64,000 bases of DNA from a virus (lineage: Duplodnaviria > Heunggongvirae > Uroviricota > Caudoviricetes): positions 30,509 through 94,508 of the IMG/VR virus record IMGVR_UViG_3300023181_000001; one strand, 5' to 3'. The translations under genes and the position numbers were made by a program. A model generated the notes under the pieces. It searched no databases. It worked only from the letters and a program-made list of their open reading frames with translations, and was not told the DNA's origin. Of this stretch, positions 30,742-40,352 are shown piece by piece (position 1 is the first letter of the stretch; the number at the start of each line of letters is the position of its first letter).

Positions 30742-31455
30742 ATGCAACTACCAAGAATTTTCGAAGATGATAAGGGTCTGTATCCACATTTAAAAGGAAA
30801 GCCTAAGATTAGCTATAGTCAGTATAGTTCTTATAAAGACTTAGAGTATCAAAATGACTATTATGTACAGTATTTTTCAGGCATAAAATTACCAAGTGGA
30901 GAATTTGCAGAGTTCGGATCCAGTTGCGGTGAGTATATCCAGCACATAGGAGAAAAAAATAAAACTCCTGATAGGGGTTGCCTGTCACTAGAAGATTGTG
31001 AAATATTGTTAAGTAAGGTAGATTATCCCGATAATTGTATTTATGAAGAAGAAATTATTATTGATTGTGGAGATTTTTGCGCACAAGGCTTTATAGATAG
31101 AGCTTGCTATGACGGTAAAAATGTTGAAATTAGGGACTACAAGTCGTTAAACTTATCAAAGCCTGAAAAATATGAATCCGAGGACTATAATCAGACAACC
31201 TTATATTGCTATGAAAGAGAACAAAGAGGTTTTAAGGTTACAAAATCAGAAGTTTTTGGATTGGGGCGTAAAGGAAGTAGTTTAAGCGGTACAGGAAACT
31301 TTAAAATGAGACTCTCAGGGGAAGTAAAAGTAATTCCTACACCTTACTCTAAAGAACGTGCAGAAAAGGCTTTAAAAGACTTAAAACAAGTTGCAGAGAA
31401 AATTTCCGAAGATTATAAAATTTTCTTAAAGTATTTCGGCAGTAAAAACAAATAA
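30742..31455 (+). CDS. PD-(D/E)xK nuclease, RecB/Cas4-like family
   Basis: 'GFIDRACYDGKNVEIRDYKS' fits the RecB-family motif G.IDR...(n)..DYK[ST]. Translationally coupled to the exonuclease (TAAATG). Confidence 0.5.
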   Translation: MQLPRIFEDDKGLYPHLKGKPKISYSQYSSYKDLEYQNDYYVQYFSGIKLPSGEFAEFGSSCGEYIQHIGEKNKTPDRGCLSLEDCEILLSKVDYPDNCIYEEEIIIDCGDFCAQGFIDRACYDGKNVEIRDYKSLNLSKPEKYESEDYNQTTLYCYEREQRGFKVTKSEVFGLGRKGSSLSGTGNFKMRLSGEVKVIPTPYSKERAEKALKDLKQVAEKISEDYKIFLKYFGSKNK

Positions 31456-31457
31456 AC

Positions 31458-31465
31458 TATATTTG
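31458..31465 (+). promoter_or_regulatory. Bacteroidetes -7 box TATATTTG
   Basis: Perfect motif 2 nt after the nuclease stop, upstream of the SPFH gene. Confidence 0.4.
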
Positions 31466-31520
31466 CATAAGAGAAAGTCGAAAATCTTTAAAAGAGTAGA
31501 CATAAAAGAAAACAACAAAA

Positions 31521-32498
31521 ATGTTAACATTAGTATTATTATTGGTATTCGGAATTGTATTTGGACTATTTTACGCAGCTAAGAAATTTAAAGTAATTAC
31601 GCAAATACCTGACCCAAGGTACGCAAATGCAACTAGTAGTGGAAAAACAATCACACAGATTAATTACAAGCCTATTGTAGTGGCAGTATTAGGATTACTA
31701 CTAATTCTTTTTCAGCCCTTTTCAGTTAAGAAAATTGAAGCGGGTTATCAAGGTCTCTTGGTAAATCTTATTGGTGATTCTAGGGGTGCTTCATCTATTC
31801 AAGAGGTTTCGGGATGGAAGCTGTTCAATACTTGGACGGAAGAAATCTATCAAATCCCTTTAGATCAAAGAAGTATCAGATATGGAGAACAGCCTTCGGT
31901 TGCCAAAGGAGGCTTTGCACTCAAAATATTTCCATCTTTTAACTACTCTGTTAAGCCAGGAACAACAGCAGATATGTTTACCAATCTTAGAACAGCTTTC
32001 AGGAGTGGGAATGGGTTGGAGACTATTGAACAAGGTTGGCTTGAGATTGGTATCTTAGGAGCGGTAAACGATGTAACAAACTCTTGGAAAGTTGAGGATA
32101 TCTTCAATAAGAAGACAGAATTTGAAGTAGCTATTCAAGTGGAGGCAAATAAGAGAGTGGGTAAATGGTTTAAAATCTCACAGTTGAGAACAAATATGCC
32201 ACCTCCTCCGTCAATTGCTAAATCTATCGCTGATAAAGCCGCTGCAGAGTACGATGCTCAAAAATGGATTGCAAAAGCTACTGCGGCAGATGCAGAGAAG
32301 CAACAAAAGATTGCAGTAGCAAGGGGAGATTCAGCAAGCGTAGTTATTGCAGCTTCCTCACAAGCAAAAGCAATGAGATTAAAACAGCAAGAACTTACGC
32401 CATTATATGTCGAGTATGTTAAAGCTCAGACTTGGGATGGACGATTACCTAGTACTCAATTAGGTGGGGGTTCTAACACAATGCTGAGTATCAAATAG
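31521..32498 (+). CDS. SPFH/band-7 (prohibitin/HflKC-like) membrane protein
   Basis: N-terminal TM 'LTLVLLLVFGIVFGLFYAA'. SPFH-like core 'GYQGLLVNLIG...EVSGWKLFNTWTEEIYQIPLDQRSIRY'. Ala/Gln-rich coiled-coil C-terminus. Confidence 0.55.
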   Translation: MLTLVLLLVFGIVFGLFYAAKKFKVITQIPDPRYANATSSGKTITQINYKPIVVAVLGLLLILFQPFSVKKIEAGYQGLLVNLIGDSRGASSIQEVSGWKLFNTWTEEIYQIPLDQRSIRYGEQPSVAKGGFALKIFPSFNYSVKPGTTADMFTNLRTAFRSGNGLETIEQGWLEIGILGAVNDVTNSWKVEDIFNKKTEFEVAIQVEANKRVGKWFKISQLRTNMPPPPSIAKSIADKAAAEYDAQKWIAKATAADAEKQQKIAVARGDSASVVIAASSQAKAMRLKQQELTPLYVEYVKAQTWDGRLPSTQLGGGSNTMLSIK

Positions 32499-32689
32499 AT
32501 TATATAAAATAACAGTTATAAAAGAGACGCTGGTGAGTCACTTGAAATAATTCCTCAGATAAATCGGAGCGTATAGAGACTACGGCGATAGAGGTAACAA
32601 GGCTAGATTACCATAGGTTCTAAATGCACCTTTAACTGTTTTTAGTTGGGCGATAACTTTAAGCGCATTAACAAATTAAATCAAAAATA

Positions 32690-32884
32690 ATGAAAAAAAT
32701 ATTAAATTTCTTAAATAGTAGTTCGTTCTTCCATGCTTTCTATAATTTATTTCTATTAGGGCATTTAGTTGCAATGGCTTTCTTGGACTTTCAAGTTACG
32801 AATAACGATCTATTTTTCTTTATAGCTTTTTCGGCGGCGTACATTGTAAGTAATTTGAGACAGTTAAACAAAGAAGCAAAATGA
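32690..32884 (+). CDS. small membrane protein (2 predicted TM)
   Basis: Hydrophobic segments 'FFHAFYNLFLLGHLVAMAFL' and 'LFFFIAFSAAYIV'. Confidence 0.4.
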   Translation: MKKILNFLNSSSFFHAFYNLFLLGHLVAMAFLDFQVTNNDLFFFIAFSAAYIVSNLRQLNKEAK

Positions 32885-33135
32885 TTATAATTTTAGAAAC
32901 TATTTTTGTAGGATTACACATATTACTATTCTACTTAAATTTCAAAGTGCATAATACAATATACAACTCAAGAATTTTAGTTGTTTGTAGCCTACTTATA
33001 TCAATGGCAACAGTACTAGCTTTCATAAAAAACGATTTGACTCTAGTAATACTTTTAATTTTGAGTTTGATAATTTCAACTGTTAATACTTTTGAATCCT
33101 TAAAACCAAAGGTAAGTATGCCCACTTTACACTAA
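32881..33135 (+). CDS. small membrane protein (3 predicted TM)
   Basis: ATGA overlap with the previous gene. Mostly hydrophobic. Confidence 0.4.
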   Translation: MIIILETIFVGLHILLFYLNFKVHNTIYNSRILVVCSLLISMATVLAFIKNDLTLVILLILSLIISTVNTFESLKPKVSMPTLH

Positions 33136-33312
33136 AATGAAAATAGGTATTTTTATAAGGAATAAGATTAGTAAATCTATCCTTGATAAGCAAGATGCAG
33201 TAAGCAAAATATTAATGCTTTACTGCATTTTATTTTTGTACGTAATTGGTTTCTTTTATTTTGTGTCTGTTAATTAAGAGTTAATATTTATCTGTAATTT
33301 TGTAAAACTTCC

Positions 33313-33320
33313 TATATTTG
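33313..33320 (+). promoter_or_regulatory. Bacteroidetes -7 box TATATTTG (would give a leaderless or near-leaderless transcript)
   Basis: Perfect motif ending 4 nt before the ATG at 33325. Confidence 0.4.
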
Positions 33321-33324
33321 TGCT

Positions 33325-36072
33325 ATGATAGATTATAAATTACTTTCAGAAACTGTTGACTCCCAATTTAAGAGCGGAGCCTTTAAATCAAACTTCTTTG
33401 AAAAGGATGACTTGATAAGTGATTTGTACCTTTACTTAGCAGATTTTGACAAAGAGTTTACAGAAAAGGAATTAATTGAGATTTTGAAGAAGAAGTACTT
33501 CAATTACTTTGAAGTATATGACATTAAAGATAGGAACTCTTATGATAAGTTTGATAATGCCAATAACAGAGGCGTACAAGAAAAGTCTATAGTTTTAGGA
33601 ACTAGTAATGATACTGCAATTTATGAGTATTTTGAGAAGCTTATTTGGAAAGATGGGCAAGCTAAATGTCCAAAATGTAATAGTACAGAATGTTATCCTA
33701 ACCGAGACAGCTTAAGGCAGTATGACTGTAGAAATTGCGGATATAATTTTTCCTTTTCTTTTGGTACAAACCTAAAAGGTACTACTTTGCAATCGTTAAA
33801 AAACATTATAGCTGTTTACAACCTGATGCTTAAAGGTGTGGTTTCTTTAAAAGATATTCAAGATAAGACTGAAAGATCCGTAGAAGAAATAAAGACAGCC
33901 TATCTGCACACTTTACCTGCCATTATTGTAGAAGAACCTTTGATTAAAAAGGCGGCTGGTTTAAAGAGAAGCTTGACTGTATTCAAAGAAGTAGAAGAGT
34001 ATGAGCATCAGACGCAGACTATAGGGGAGGCTTTAAAATACTTTCAGGAAAATGAGAGGGGAAAGATTATTCATCCTTGTGGATCTGGGAAAACTTATAC
34101 GTCAATAAGGATTTTACAAGAGATGAAATCTGACAGAATAATAGTAGTAATACCTTCCAGAGCACTTTTATATCAGCAGATTGAAGTTTTTAAGAATAGT
34201 TTCAAAAATCATATATTCTATGCTTTCGGTAGTTTTTCTTCTCATGGGTTACACTTAAAAAAGCTTGGTATAAAAGTATTGTCAGATGTAGTAAGAGAGC
34301 AAAAAAAACAGATATCGTCCATAAAAGAAGATAAAGTCATTATTTTTATAACACTTAAAAGCTTTTCCGAGATAGGTTTGAGCTTCAAGGATGAGTTCTT
34401 TGATATCTCTGTTTTTGACGAGGCACATCAGATAGCAGGAGACAAGTGTAAAAGCTATCTAAATGTGCTTAATTTTCCTTGTTATAAGAAATCTTTATTC
34501 TTAACTGCCACTGAGAAAAATTTCAAAGACGATAGAGGTTTAGGGATGGACTCAGGAGAGTTTGGAAAAAACATCTCTAAAATTTATATGAGAGAAATGA
34601 TTGACAAAGGTATTATAACAGATTATAATATCATAGACATGAAGTTTCAAGATGAGGCAATCAGAACTTTAGTAGATGAACATAAAGAGTTTTTTGCAGA
34701 GGTTAAAATAAAATTGCCCGTAAAGACAAGGATTCTAGTAAGTGCGATAGCTCTAGTAAAGTGTATAGGGCAGTTTAATATACACAAGATTATAACATAT
34801 CATGCTTCTATAGAAGAGTCGGTATTGTTTATAAACTTCTTTAAGCTGTTTCAAAAGAAATACGGTTTAGATTACGGAGCGTATAATATACATTCCAGAA
34901 TGAAGAGTTCTGATTTTGATGCAAATATCTCTAACTTCATCAATACTGAGAAAGCAGTGATTTCTTCTGTGAACTGCTTCTCTGAGGGAATTGATGTAAC
35001 AGATGTGGATGCAGTTCTTTATGGGTATCCAAAAAAGTCCAAGATCGATATTGTACAGACTATTGGAAGATGTGTGAGAAAAAACGAAGGTAAGAAAAAA
35101 GGACTGGTAATAATTCCCGACATAGTAGAAGAAAGGAAAGAGTATAAAAGGCTTATTGAAGTTTTGAATGCTTTAGAGGCCTCCGATGACAGAATTTCTG
35201 AATTTAAGGCAGGTAAAAGTGAAAAGATAAGAAAGAACATATTTTTTGCGGAATATACGCCAACAGCAGAGTTGACTTTTGATGATAAGTATTTTTATGA
35301 TAATATTGATTTTCATTTTAGGGGTGTTAATTTTTTGAGTTACTATGAGGCAAAGGAATTTGCAATTTCAAATAATATTAAGTCTGCAAAAGAATGGCTA
35401 GAAAAAGTATCTTCTAATTTTCCTAGAAAGCCTTCACATCACTATAAGGAATGGCGGGGTTGGAGGAATTTTCTGAATACTAGTAGAGTACTTCCAATTA
35501 AAAGAAAGAAATTTTTAACTTTCGAAGAGAGCTTACTATTCCTGAAAGTTAAGGCAATTAAAAACCGTAAATCTTATAAGGAATATTTAAACCTGAATTG
35601 TGATATAAATCTTCCTAAAAATCCTCAAGATGTTTATAAAAAAGATTGGATTTCGTGGAGTCACTACTTAAGCTATAACGGACGGTATAAAAAAGATAGG
35701 AGTTTTCTAGATTATGATGTTGTAAAAAATTGGGTTATAGAAAAGGGTGTTTCTTCTAGGAAAGAGTGGGATAGTTTAGAAAAACCAAATAATATACCCA
35801 CAAATCCTGATGTTTATTATAAAGACGAGTGGGAAAGTTGGCCTACTTTTTTACAAAATGGGCATGAAAGAAAGGGATTTCTAACATATACACAATCAAA
35901 AAATTGGTTAAGAGAAAACAATATAACACAAAAAGTTATTTTTTCTACTGTTTGGAGAAGTTATTGTAAAGGTGAACTAAACTTAAAATTAAACACAAAA
36001 ATACCAAAATACCCACAGAATTACTACAAAGATGAATGGAAAGGTTGGGATGATTTTTTAAACAGAAAATAA
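33325..36072 (+). CDS. SF2 (DEAH-type) helicase with N-terminal IS1595-type zinc-ribbon/HTH domain and four C-terminal ~60-aa W-x-G-W-x-x-F-L repeats
   Basis: Zn ribbon 'CPKCNSTECYP...YDCRNCGYNFSFSFGT...SLKNIIAVYNLMLKGVVSLKDI'. Walker A 'HPCGSGKTYTSI', motif II 'VFDEAHQIAG', motif VI 'QTIGRCVRK'. Repeats: 'YKEWRGWRNFLN', 'YKKDWISWSHYLS', 'YKDEWESWPTFLQ', 'YKDEWKGWDDFLN'. Confidence 0.7.
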   Translation: MIDYKLLSETVDSQFKSGAFKSNFFEKDDLISDLYLYLADFDKEFTEKELIEILKKKYFNYFEVYDIKDRNSYDKFDNANNRGVQEKSIVLGTSNDTAIYEYFEKLIWKDGQAKCPKCNSTECYPNRDSLRQYDCRNCGYNFSFSFGTNLKGTTLQSLKNIIAVYNLMLKGVVSLKDIQDKTERSVEEIKTAYLHTLPAIIVEEPLIKKAAGLKRSLTVFKEVEEYEHQTQTIGEALKYFQENERGKIIHPCGSGKTYTSIRILQEMKSDRIIVVIPSRALLYQQIEVFKNSFKNHIFYAFGSFSSHGLHLKKLGIKVLSDVVREQKKQISSIKEDKVIIFITLKSFSEIGLSFKDEFFDISVFDEAHQIAGDKCKSYLNVLNFPCYKKSLFLTATEKNFKDDRGLGMDSGEFGKNISKIYMREMIDKGIITDYNIIDMKFQDEAIRTLVDEHKEFFAEVKIKLPVKTRILVSAIALVKCIGQFNIHKIITYHASIEESVLFINFFKLFQKKYGLDYGAYNIHSRMKSSDFDANISNFINTEKAVISSVNCFSEGIDVTDVDAVLYGYPKKSKIDIVQTIGRCVRKNEGKKKGLVIIPDIVEERKEYKRLIEVLNALEASDDRISEFKAGKSEKIRKNIFFAEYTPTAELTFDDKYFYDNIDFHFRGVNFLSYYEAKEFAISNNIKSAKEWLEKVSSNFPRKPSHHYKEWRGWRNFLNTSRVLPIKRKKFLTFEESLLFLKVKAIKNRKSYKEYLNLNCDINLPKNPQDVYKKDWISWSHYLSYNGRYKKDRSFLDYDVVKNWVIEKGVSSRKEWDSLEKPNNIPTNPDVYYKDEWESWPTFLQNGHERKGFLTYTQSKNWLRENNITQKVIFSTVWRSYCKGELNLKLNTKIPKYPQNYYKDEWKGWDDFLNRK

Positions 36073-36074
36073 TT

Positions 36075-36458
36075 ATGAAAATAGAAGAAAAAAGAATGCA
36101 ATTGTTACAGGATACCATATACTACTACAGTATGTTCCCTAGATGTATGAATTATGATGAAGAAGGAGATTACATGTACCCTGTTTTTTCAGGAAACACA
36201 GCTAAGCTAAATACTGCAGGGGATGTTCTAGGAAGACTGCTGACACCAAAAAGAAGAAACATGCTAGATATGGAGTTTGGAGAAGTTCCCCTAGAAGATA
36301 TATGGAGCAGTTTACCCAAAGAATTATTGAATTTAGGCACAGATTTTCTCACTGAACTTTGTTGCCTGCATGATAATTGCTCTTTTTGGGAGGAAAAAGT
36401 TCTATCTGAATATGGCAGAGAATTTGTAGAAGAGATAAAAGAAAAATTTTGCTTATGA
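36075..36458 (+). CDS. hypothetical protein
   Basis: 127-aa ORF. Confidence 0.4.
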   Translation: MKIEEKRMQLLQDTIYYYSMFPRCMNYDEEGDYMYPVFSGNTAKLNTAGDVLGRLLTPKRRNMLDMEFGEVPLEDIWSSLPKELLNLGTDFLTELCCLHDNCSFWEEKVLSEYGREFVEEIKEKFCL

Positions 36459-36763
36459 AAGAAAAATTAATTAAGTTAGGATTTGAAAAGTGGTTGGCAG
36501 AACAAGAGTTAGCTCCTTACACAGTAATGTTTTGGGACGTGCCTAAATTTATACAGCTTGCTTATGTCCAAAAGTTTTTGCGGGAATTTAGAAAAATAGA
36601 TTTAGCTATTATAGATTCTTCAACTAAAATACCTTCGGAATATTATTTTGAACTCTCGTTTGATGCAAAACTAGATTATAATTATGACCCCGAAGACTTA
36701 GTGTGGAATACAAACTATGAAGACACGCTTGAACAGGGAATATTAAAGGCTTTGGAATTATGA
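36449..36763 (+). CDS. hypothetical protein
   Basis: 104-aa ORF. Confidence 0.4.
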   Translation: MLMKEKLIKLGFEKWLAEQELAPYTVMFWDVPKFIQLAYVQKFLREFRKIDLAIIDSSTKIPSEYYFELSFDAKLDYNYDPEDLVWNTNYEDTLEQGILKALEL

Positions 36764-36977
36764 AAAAGACTAAACACACAATAGTAGAACAAGGCTTGAA
36801 TTACTTTATCAGAATAGATGAATATTGGTTTGGAATTCATATTTTATCAGAAGTTTTAACTGAACCTTTCACAGGTAAGATAGAGGTATTTGGTTCGAGG
36901 GAGCAATGTGAAGAAAGGATTTCAGAGATTTCGGGCGGGAAAAAGAGTATAAAAAAGAAACTTAAATTATTTAGAAG

Positions 36978-37172
36978 ATGCTAAGAAAGTTCATAGAATT
37001 CATTGTAACATTAATCATCGTATTCACACTCTTGAAACTAACAGGCACTGAGATAACTTGGCTTTGGGTATTTAGTCCTATTTGGATTCCTTTAGTTTTA
37101 GGACTGTTTAGTGTTTTAGTTGTTGTTATTACCTTAAGTCTAATCTTTTTATCGGCGAAATTATCAAAATGA
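36978..37172 (+). CDS. small membrane protein (2 TM)
   Basis: 'FIVTLIIVFTLLKL' and 'IWIPLVLGLFSVLVVVITLSLIFL'. Confidence 0.4.
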   Translation: MLRKFIEFIVTLIIVFTLLKLTGTEITWLWVFSPIWIPLVLGLFSVLVVVITLSLIFLSAKLSK

Positions 37173-37237
37173 GACAGTGTAATAGCTGTCTTTTTTATTT
37201 TAACTAAGTCTTAACTTTAATATTAGATAAACATCAG

Positions 37238-37245
37238 TATATTTG
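37238..37245 (+). promoter_or_regulatory. Bacteroidetes -7 box TATATTTG
   Basis: Perfect motif 23 nt upstream of the ATG at 37269. Confidence 0.4.
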
Positions 37246-37344
37246 TAGAAACAAAATAAGAATTAAAAATGGGAACACCAGAAATATATAAAGAAGTAAA
37301 AAAAGATGGACTAAAAACTTCTTTTTGGAGATATAAGGACATTT

Positions 37345-37824
37345 TTGGATTTTGGAATTATTATAAAACAACCGCCTACTATTGGAACAATTCACCACTT
37401 AAAAACATGTAATTTGAAAACAGTACAACCATCAAGATTTAACAATAGAATATACCTAAAAGAAAAACTGACAAAAGGATTAAAAATAAAATCTCTAGAA
37501 GCAGGAAACAATTACACAATAGAAGGAACAGACCTAAAAGAATCAACAGAAGATTACTACTGTTATATAATACAAGAAGTGTGGAACTATAGGGAATTAT
37601 TCAAAGACACGGAATATCAGATCATAGGATATAAGCCTGAAAAAGAAATTCAAATAAAAGAAACAGTAAGAACAAAAGAGGAAACAGTAGACTTGTATTT
37701 TGAAGAGCTGAAAGAAAATCTAAAACTAGAAAAACAATACAGAGACTACCTTAAATCTAAAGACTTTGATCCAAAAATTTATTCAGGATTTTGGGCTAAA
37801 GATAGGGGCGTGTTTAAAATCTAA
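37345..37824 (+). CDS. hypothetical protein
   Basis: 159-aa ORF. Confidence 0.4.
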   Translation: MDFGIIIKQPPTIGTIHHLKTCNLKTVQPSRFNNRIYLKEKLTKGLKIKSLEAGNNYTIEGTDLKESTEDYYCYIIQEVWNYRELFKDTEYQIIGYKPEKEIQIKETVRTKEETVDLYFEELKENLKLEKQYRDYLKSKDFDPKIYSGFWAKDRGVFKI

Positions 37825-38703
37825 AGAAAAAACTATGAAAGTCTACGTAACCAAGTACGCATTGACAAGAGGTATTTTGTTGATGGAAGTTAAAGAAACT
37901 GGAACAAATATAGTTTGTGAATCAACATCATGGAATAATTATTTTCATGAAGGCGAGTGGTTTGAATCATAATCCGAAGCAATAAAAGATGCTGAACAAC
38001 GCAAAGAAAATAAGTTAATCCAGCTTCAGAATCAATTGGTAAAATTGCACAATAAAAATGTAACGATTATTAAAGAAGTTTAGTTATGAATTATCAATCA
38101 TTTATGGATCAAAGAAACAGACTTGGAAACCTATATAACGTAGTAAGAAAGTCGGACAAAAAAGAAGTTTTGACAGGAGCAAATTACAATAAAGTGTTTT
38201 CACTAATTGAAGAAAACCCCCATTTGTATGAAATATATTTCTATTAAAATGGACATACCGAACGAACACCGTTTAATTTGCGAAGGATGTGGAAAAACAC
38301 TAGATATGCGGGATGCTTACGTGCTATGTCATGGATGGATTGAAAACGGAGAAGTAGTTTGTTACGACAATGAAATAAGCTATTCTTCATCAATGAAAAA
38401 AGGAGAACCAATACTTTACACTAAGGATAAAAAATCAATAAACCTTAATTAAATCAGCAACAGAATAACTAACAAATAATTAATTATGACACCACAGGAA
38501 AAAGCAAAAGAATTATTAGAAAAATATCAGTCAGAAAAAATAATTACGTTTCAAAGATCTTCTTCAAGTCCTATTGAAGAATACGAATTAAACGATTCAG
38601 AAGCGAAATTTTGCATTGAAATTTTAGTAGATGAAGTAATAGCAGAGTATTTAGAAACCCCTGCAAGTCATTTCTTCGTGTATGCTACTGATAAAATAAA
38701 ATA

Positions 38704-39132
38704 TTGGGAAGAAGTGAAATCAGAACTAGAAAAACTATGAAAACGCTAACCCCAACAAATCTTATTGCGGTGGAAGTGCCGAAAGAAGCAGAAGACTTTC
38801 AAATAATAGTATATGCTGACAAAAAGAAAGCTTTGCTATTTATTGTAAATCAGCCTGGATATTATGAAACAGGATACAGAAATTTAGGACAATTATATTT
38901 AGAAATTCTAGGCGAAGTTACAGATACTGAAATATCTTTTGATGTTGAGCCTTATTTAAAATATGATACGGTATTTATTAATGGTATGCATAGATTTAGA
39001 ATATATACGGATTTACCTTCAGGAAACACTTTTGATAAAAACGAATCATTCCGAAGCCTATTGCAGTCTAATGGAATAGTAATCCGTGAAGGATATAAAT
39101 ACATCATATTGAATCCTACGAATCAAAACTAA
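38704..39132 (+). CDS. hypothetical protein
   Basis: 142-aa ORF, last + strand gene before the TnpB insertion. Confidence 0.4.
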   Translation: MGRSEIRTRKTMKTLTPTNLIAVEVPKEAEDFQIIVYADKKKALLFIVNQPGYYETGYRNLGQLYLEILGEVTDTEISFDVEPYLKYDTVFINGMHRFRIYTDLPSGNTFDKNESFRSLLQSNGIVIREGYKYIILNPTNQN

Positions 39133-39173
39133 TCAATTGACAACTCCCACTAAGTGAGATTCTGAAAGCAAGC

Positions 39174-40283
39174 TTAGACTAATGTCTTACTTTTAGCTTT
39201 CTGAGACAAGCCCTGCCTCAATATATTCTTAGATGCGTTTAGGTCTGCATTAGATAAGTGTCCACAAGAAGTGCATACGAACTCTGATTGAGAAAGCCTT
39301 GACTTTTTATCTGTGATGAGGCACTCGCTACACTTTTGAGAAGTATAAGCTGGATTTACTAATCCTAGGTGTTTACCTTTCTCTACCATCTTGTATTTTA
39401 GAAGTTCTTTAAACATGGCAAAGCCTCTGTCAGACATATTTCTGTTTACTTTTGTAAAACCTGACTCTTGCATTTTTTGCAATTTCAAATCTTCCATATA
39501 AATAGAAGAATAAATCTCAGATAGATTTGTAGAAGTTTTGTGTAAAAAATCTAAACGTTGATTTGAAATATTTTTGAAGAGCTTCTGAATTTGAATCTTC
39601 GTGATTTCTCTTGATTTTGAACCTTTTCTTTGACGTGCTAATTTTCTCTGTAAAACTTTAAGTTTTTTCAAATTAGGTTCTAAGAATAAAGGTGAATCTA
39701 TAAAAGACCCATCAGATAAAGCTAAGAAGCGAGTTGCACCCATATCAAAAGCTATTGGATTTTGCTTATCAATCTCAATAGTTTCAAAATCAGTTTCGTA
39801 TTCGGCGGTTATACAGATAAACCAACCATCAACTTGTTTAACAATTGTAGCTGTTTTAGGTTTACCAATAATTTCACGAGAATTAAAATACTTAACTTCT
39901 CCTATTTTAGGAAGTTTTATAGTTTTATCTTTGACAGTAAAATGTCTCTTATAAGTAAAAGAGTTGTATTGACCTTTCTTTGCAAATTTAGGAAACCCAG
40001 AGCCTTTGAAAAATCTTAAGTAGGTCTTATCTAACCTATCTAATGAATCTTCAAGAGTACTAGAATAAGTTCTTTTTAAAAAAGGAAAGTATTTCTTTAA
40101 CTCAGAAAGTTGGTTATACTGGTCAAATTTAGACGGAGATTTTTTACGCATTTCATAATGAGTAATCCTTTCTTCTAATGCTAGATTATAAATAAATCTA
40201 CAAGTGTTCACCCAAGACTCAAAAGTTTCCTCTTGTTTCTTAGTTGGTTTAAGCTTATATTTATAAGTTTTCATTAGTTTCAT
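39174..40283 (-). CDS. tnpB: TnpB (IS200/IS605-family OrfB, RuvC-like RNA-guided nuclease)
   Basis: N-terminal OrfB HTH 'YKLKPTKKQEETFESWVNTCRFIYN'. RuvC-I 'AFDMGATRFLALSDG', RuvC-II 'YMEDLKLQKM'. Zinc finger 'CSEC...CTSCGH'. RuvC-III 'NADLNASKNI'. Confidence 0.85.
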   Translation of the reverse strand: MKLMKTYKYKLKPTKKQEETFESWVNTCRFIYNLALEERITHYEMRKKSPSKFDQYNQLSELKKYFPFLKRTYSSTLEDSLDRLDKTYLRFFKGSGFPKFAKKGQYNSFTYKRHFTVKDKTIKLPKIGEVKYFNSREIIGKPKTATIVKQVDGWFICITAEYETDFETIEIDKQNPIAFDMGATRFLALSDGSFIDSPLFLEPNLKKLKVLQRKLARQRKGSKSREITKIQIQKLFKNISNQRLDFLHKTSTNLSEIYSSIYMEDLKLQKMQESGFTKVNRNMSDRGFAMFKELLKYKMVEKGKHLGLVNPAYTSQKCSECLITDKKSRLSQSEFVCTSCGHLSNADLNASKNILRQGLSQKAKSKTLV

Positions 40284-40344
40284 AGTGTAAAGATAATTAT
40301 AAAAACTTTAACTACCAAATAGATAAATTTTAGATTAATTAAAC

Positions 40345-40352
40345 TACATTTG
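40345..40352 (+). promoter_or_regulatory. Bacteroidetes -7 box TACATTTG
   Basis: TAnnTTTG match 37 nt upstream of the + strand ATG at 40389, just beyond the TnpB start. Confidence 0.3.

Noticed and set aside
31521-33135. Holin-endolysin lysis cassette
   Set aside because: Small multi-TM proteins are present but no adjacent muralytic enzyme. The 325-aa neighbour is SPFH-like, not a lysin.
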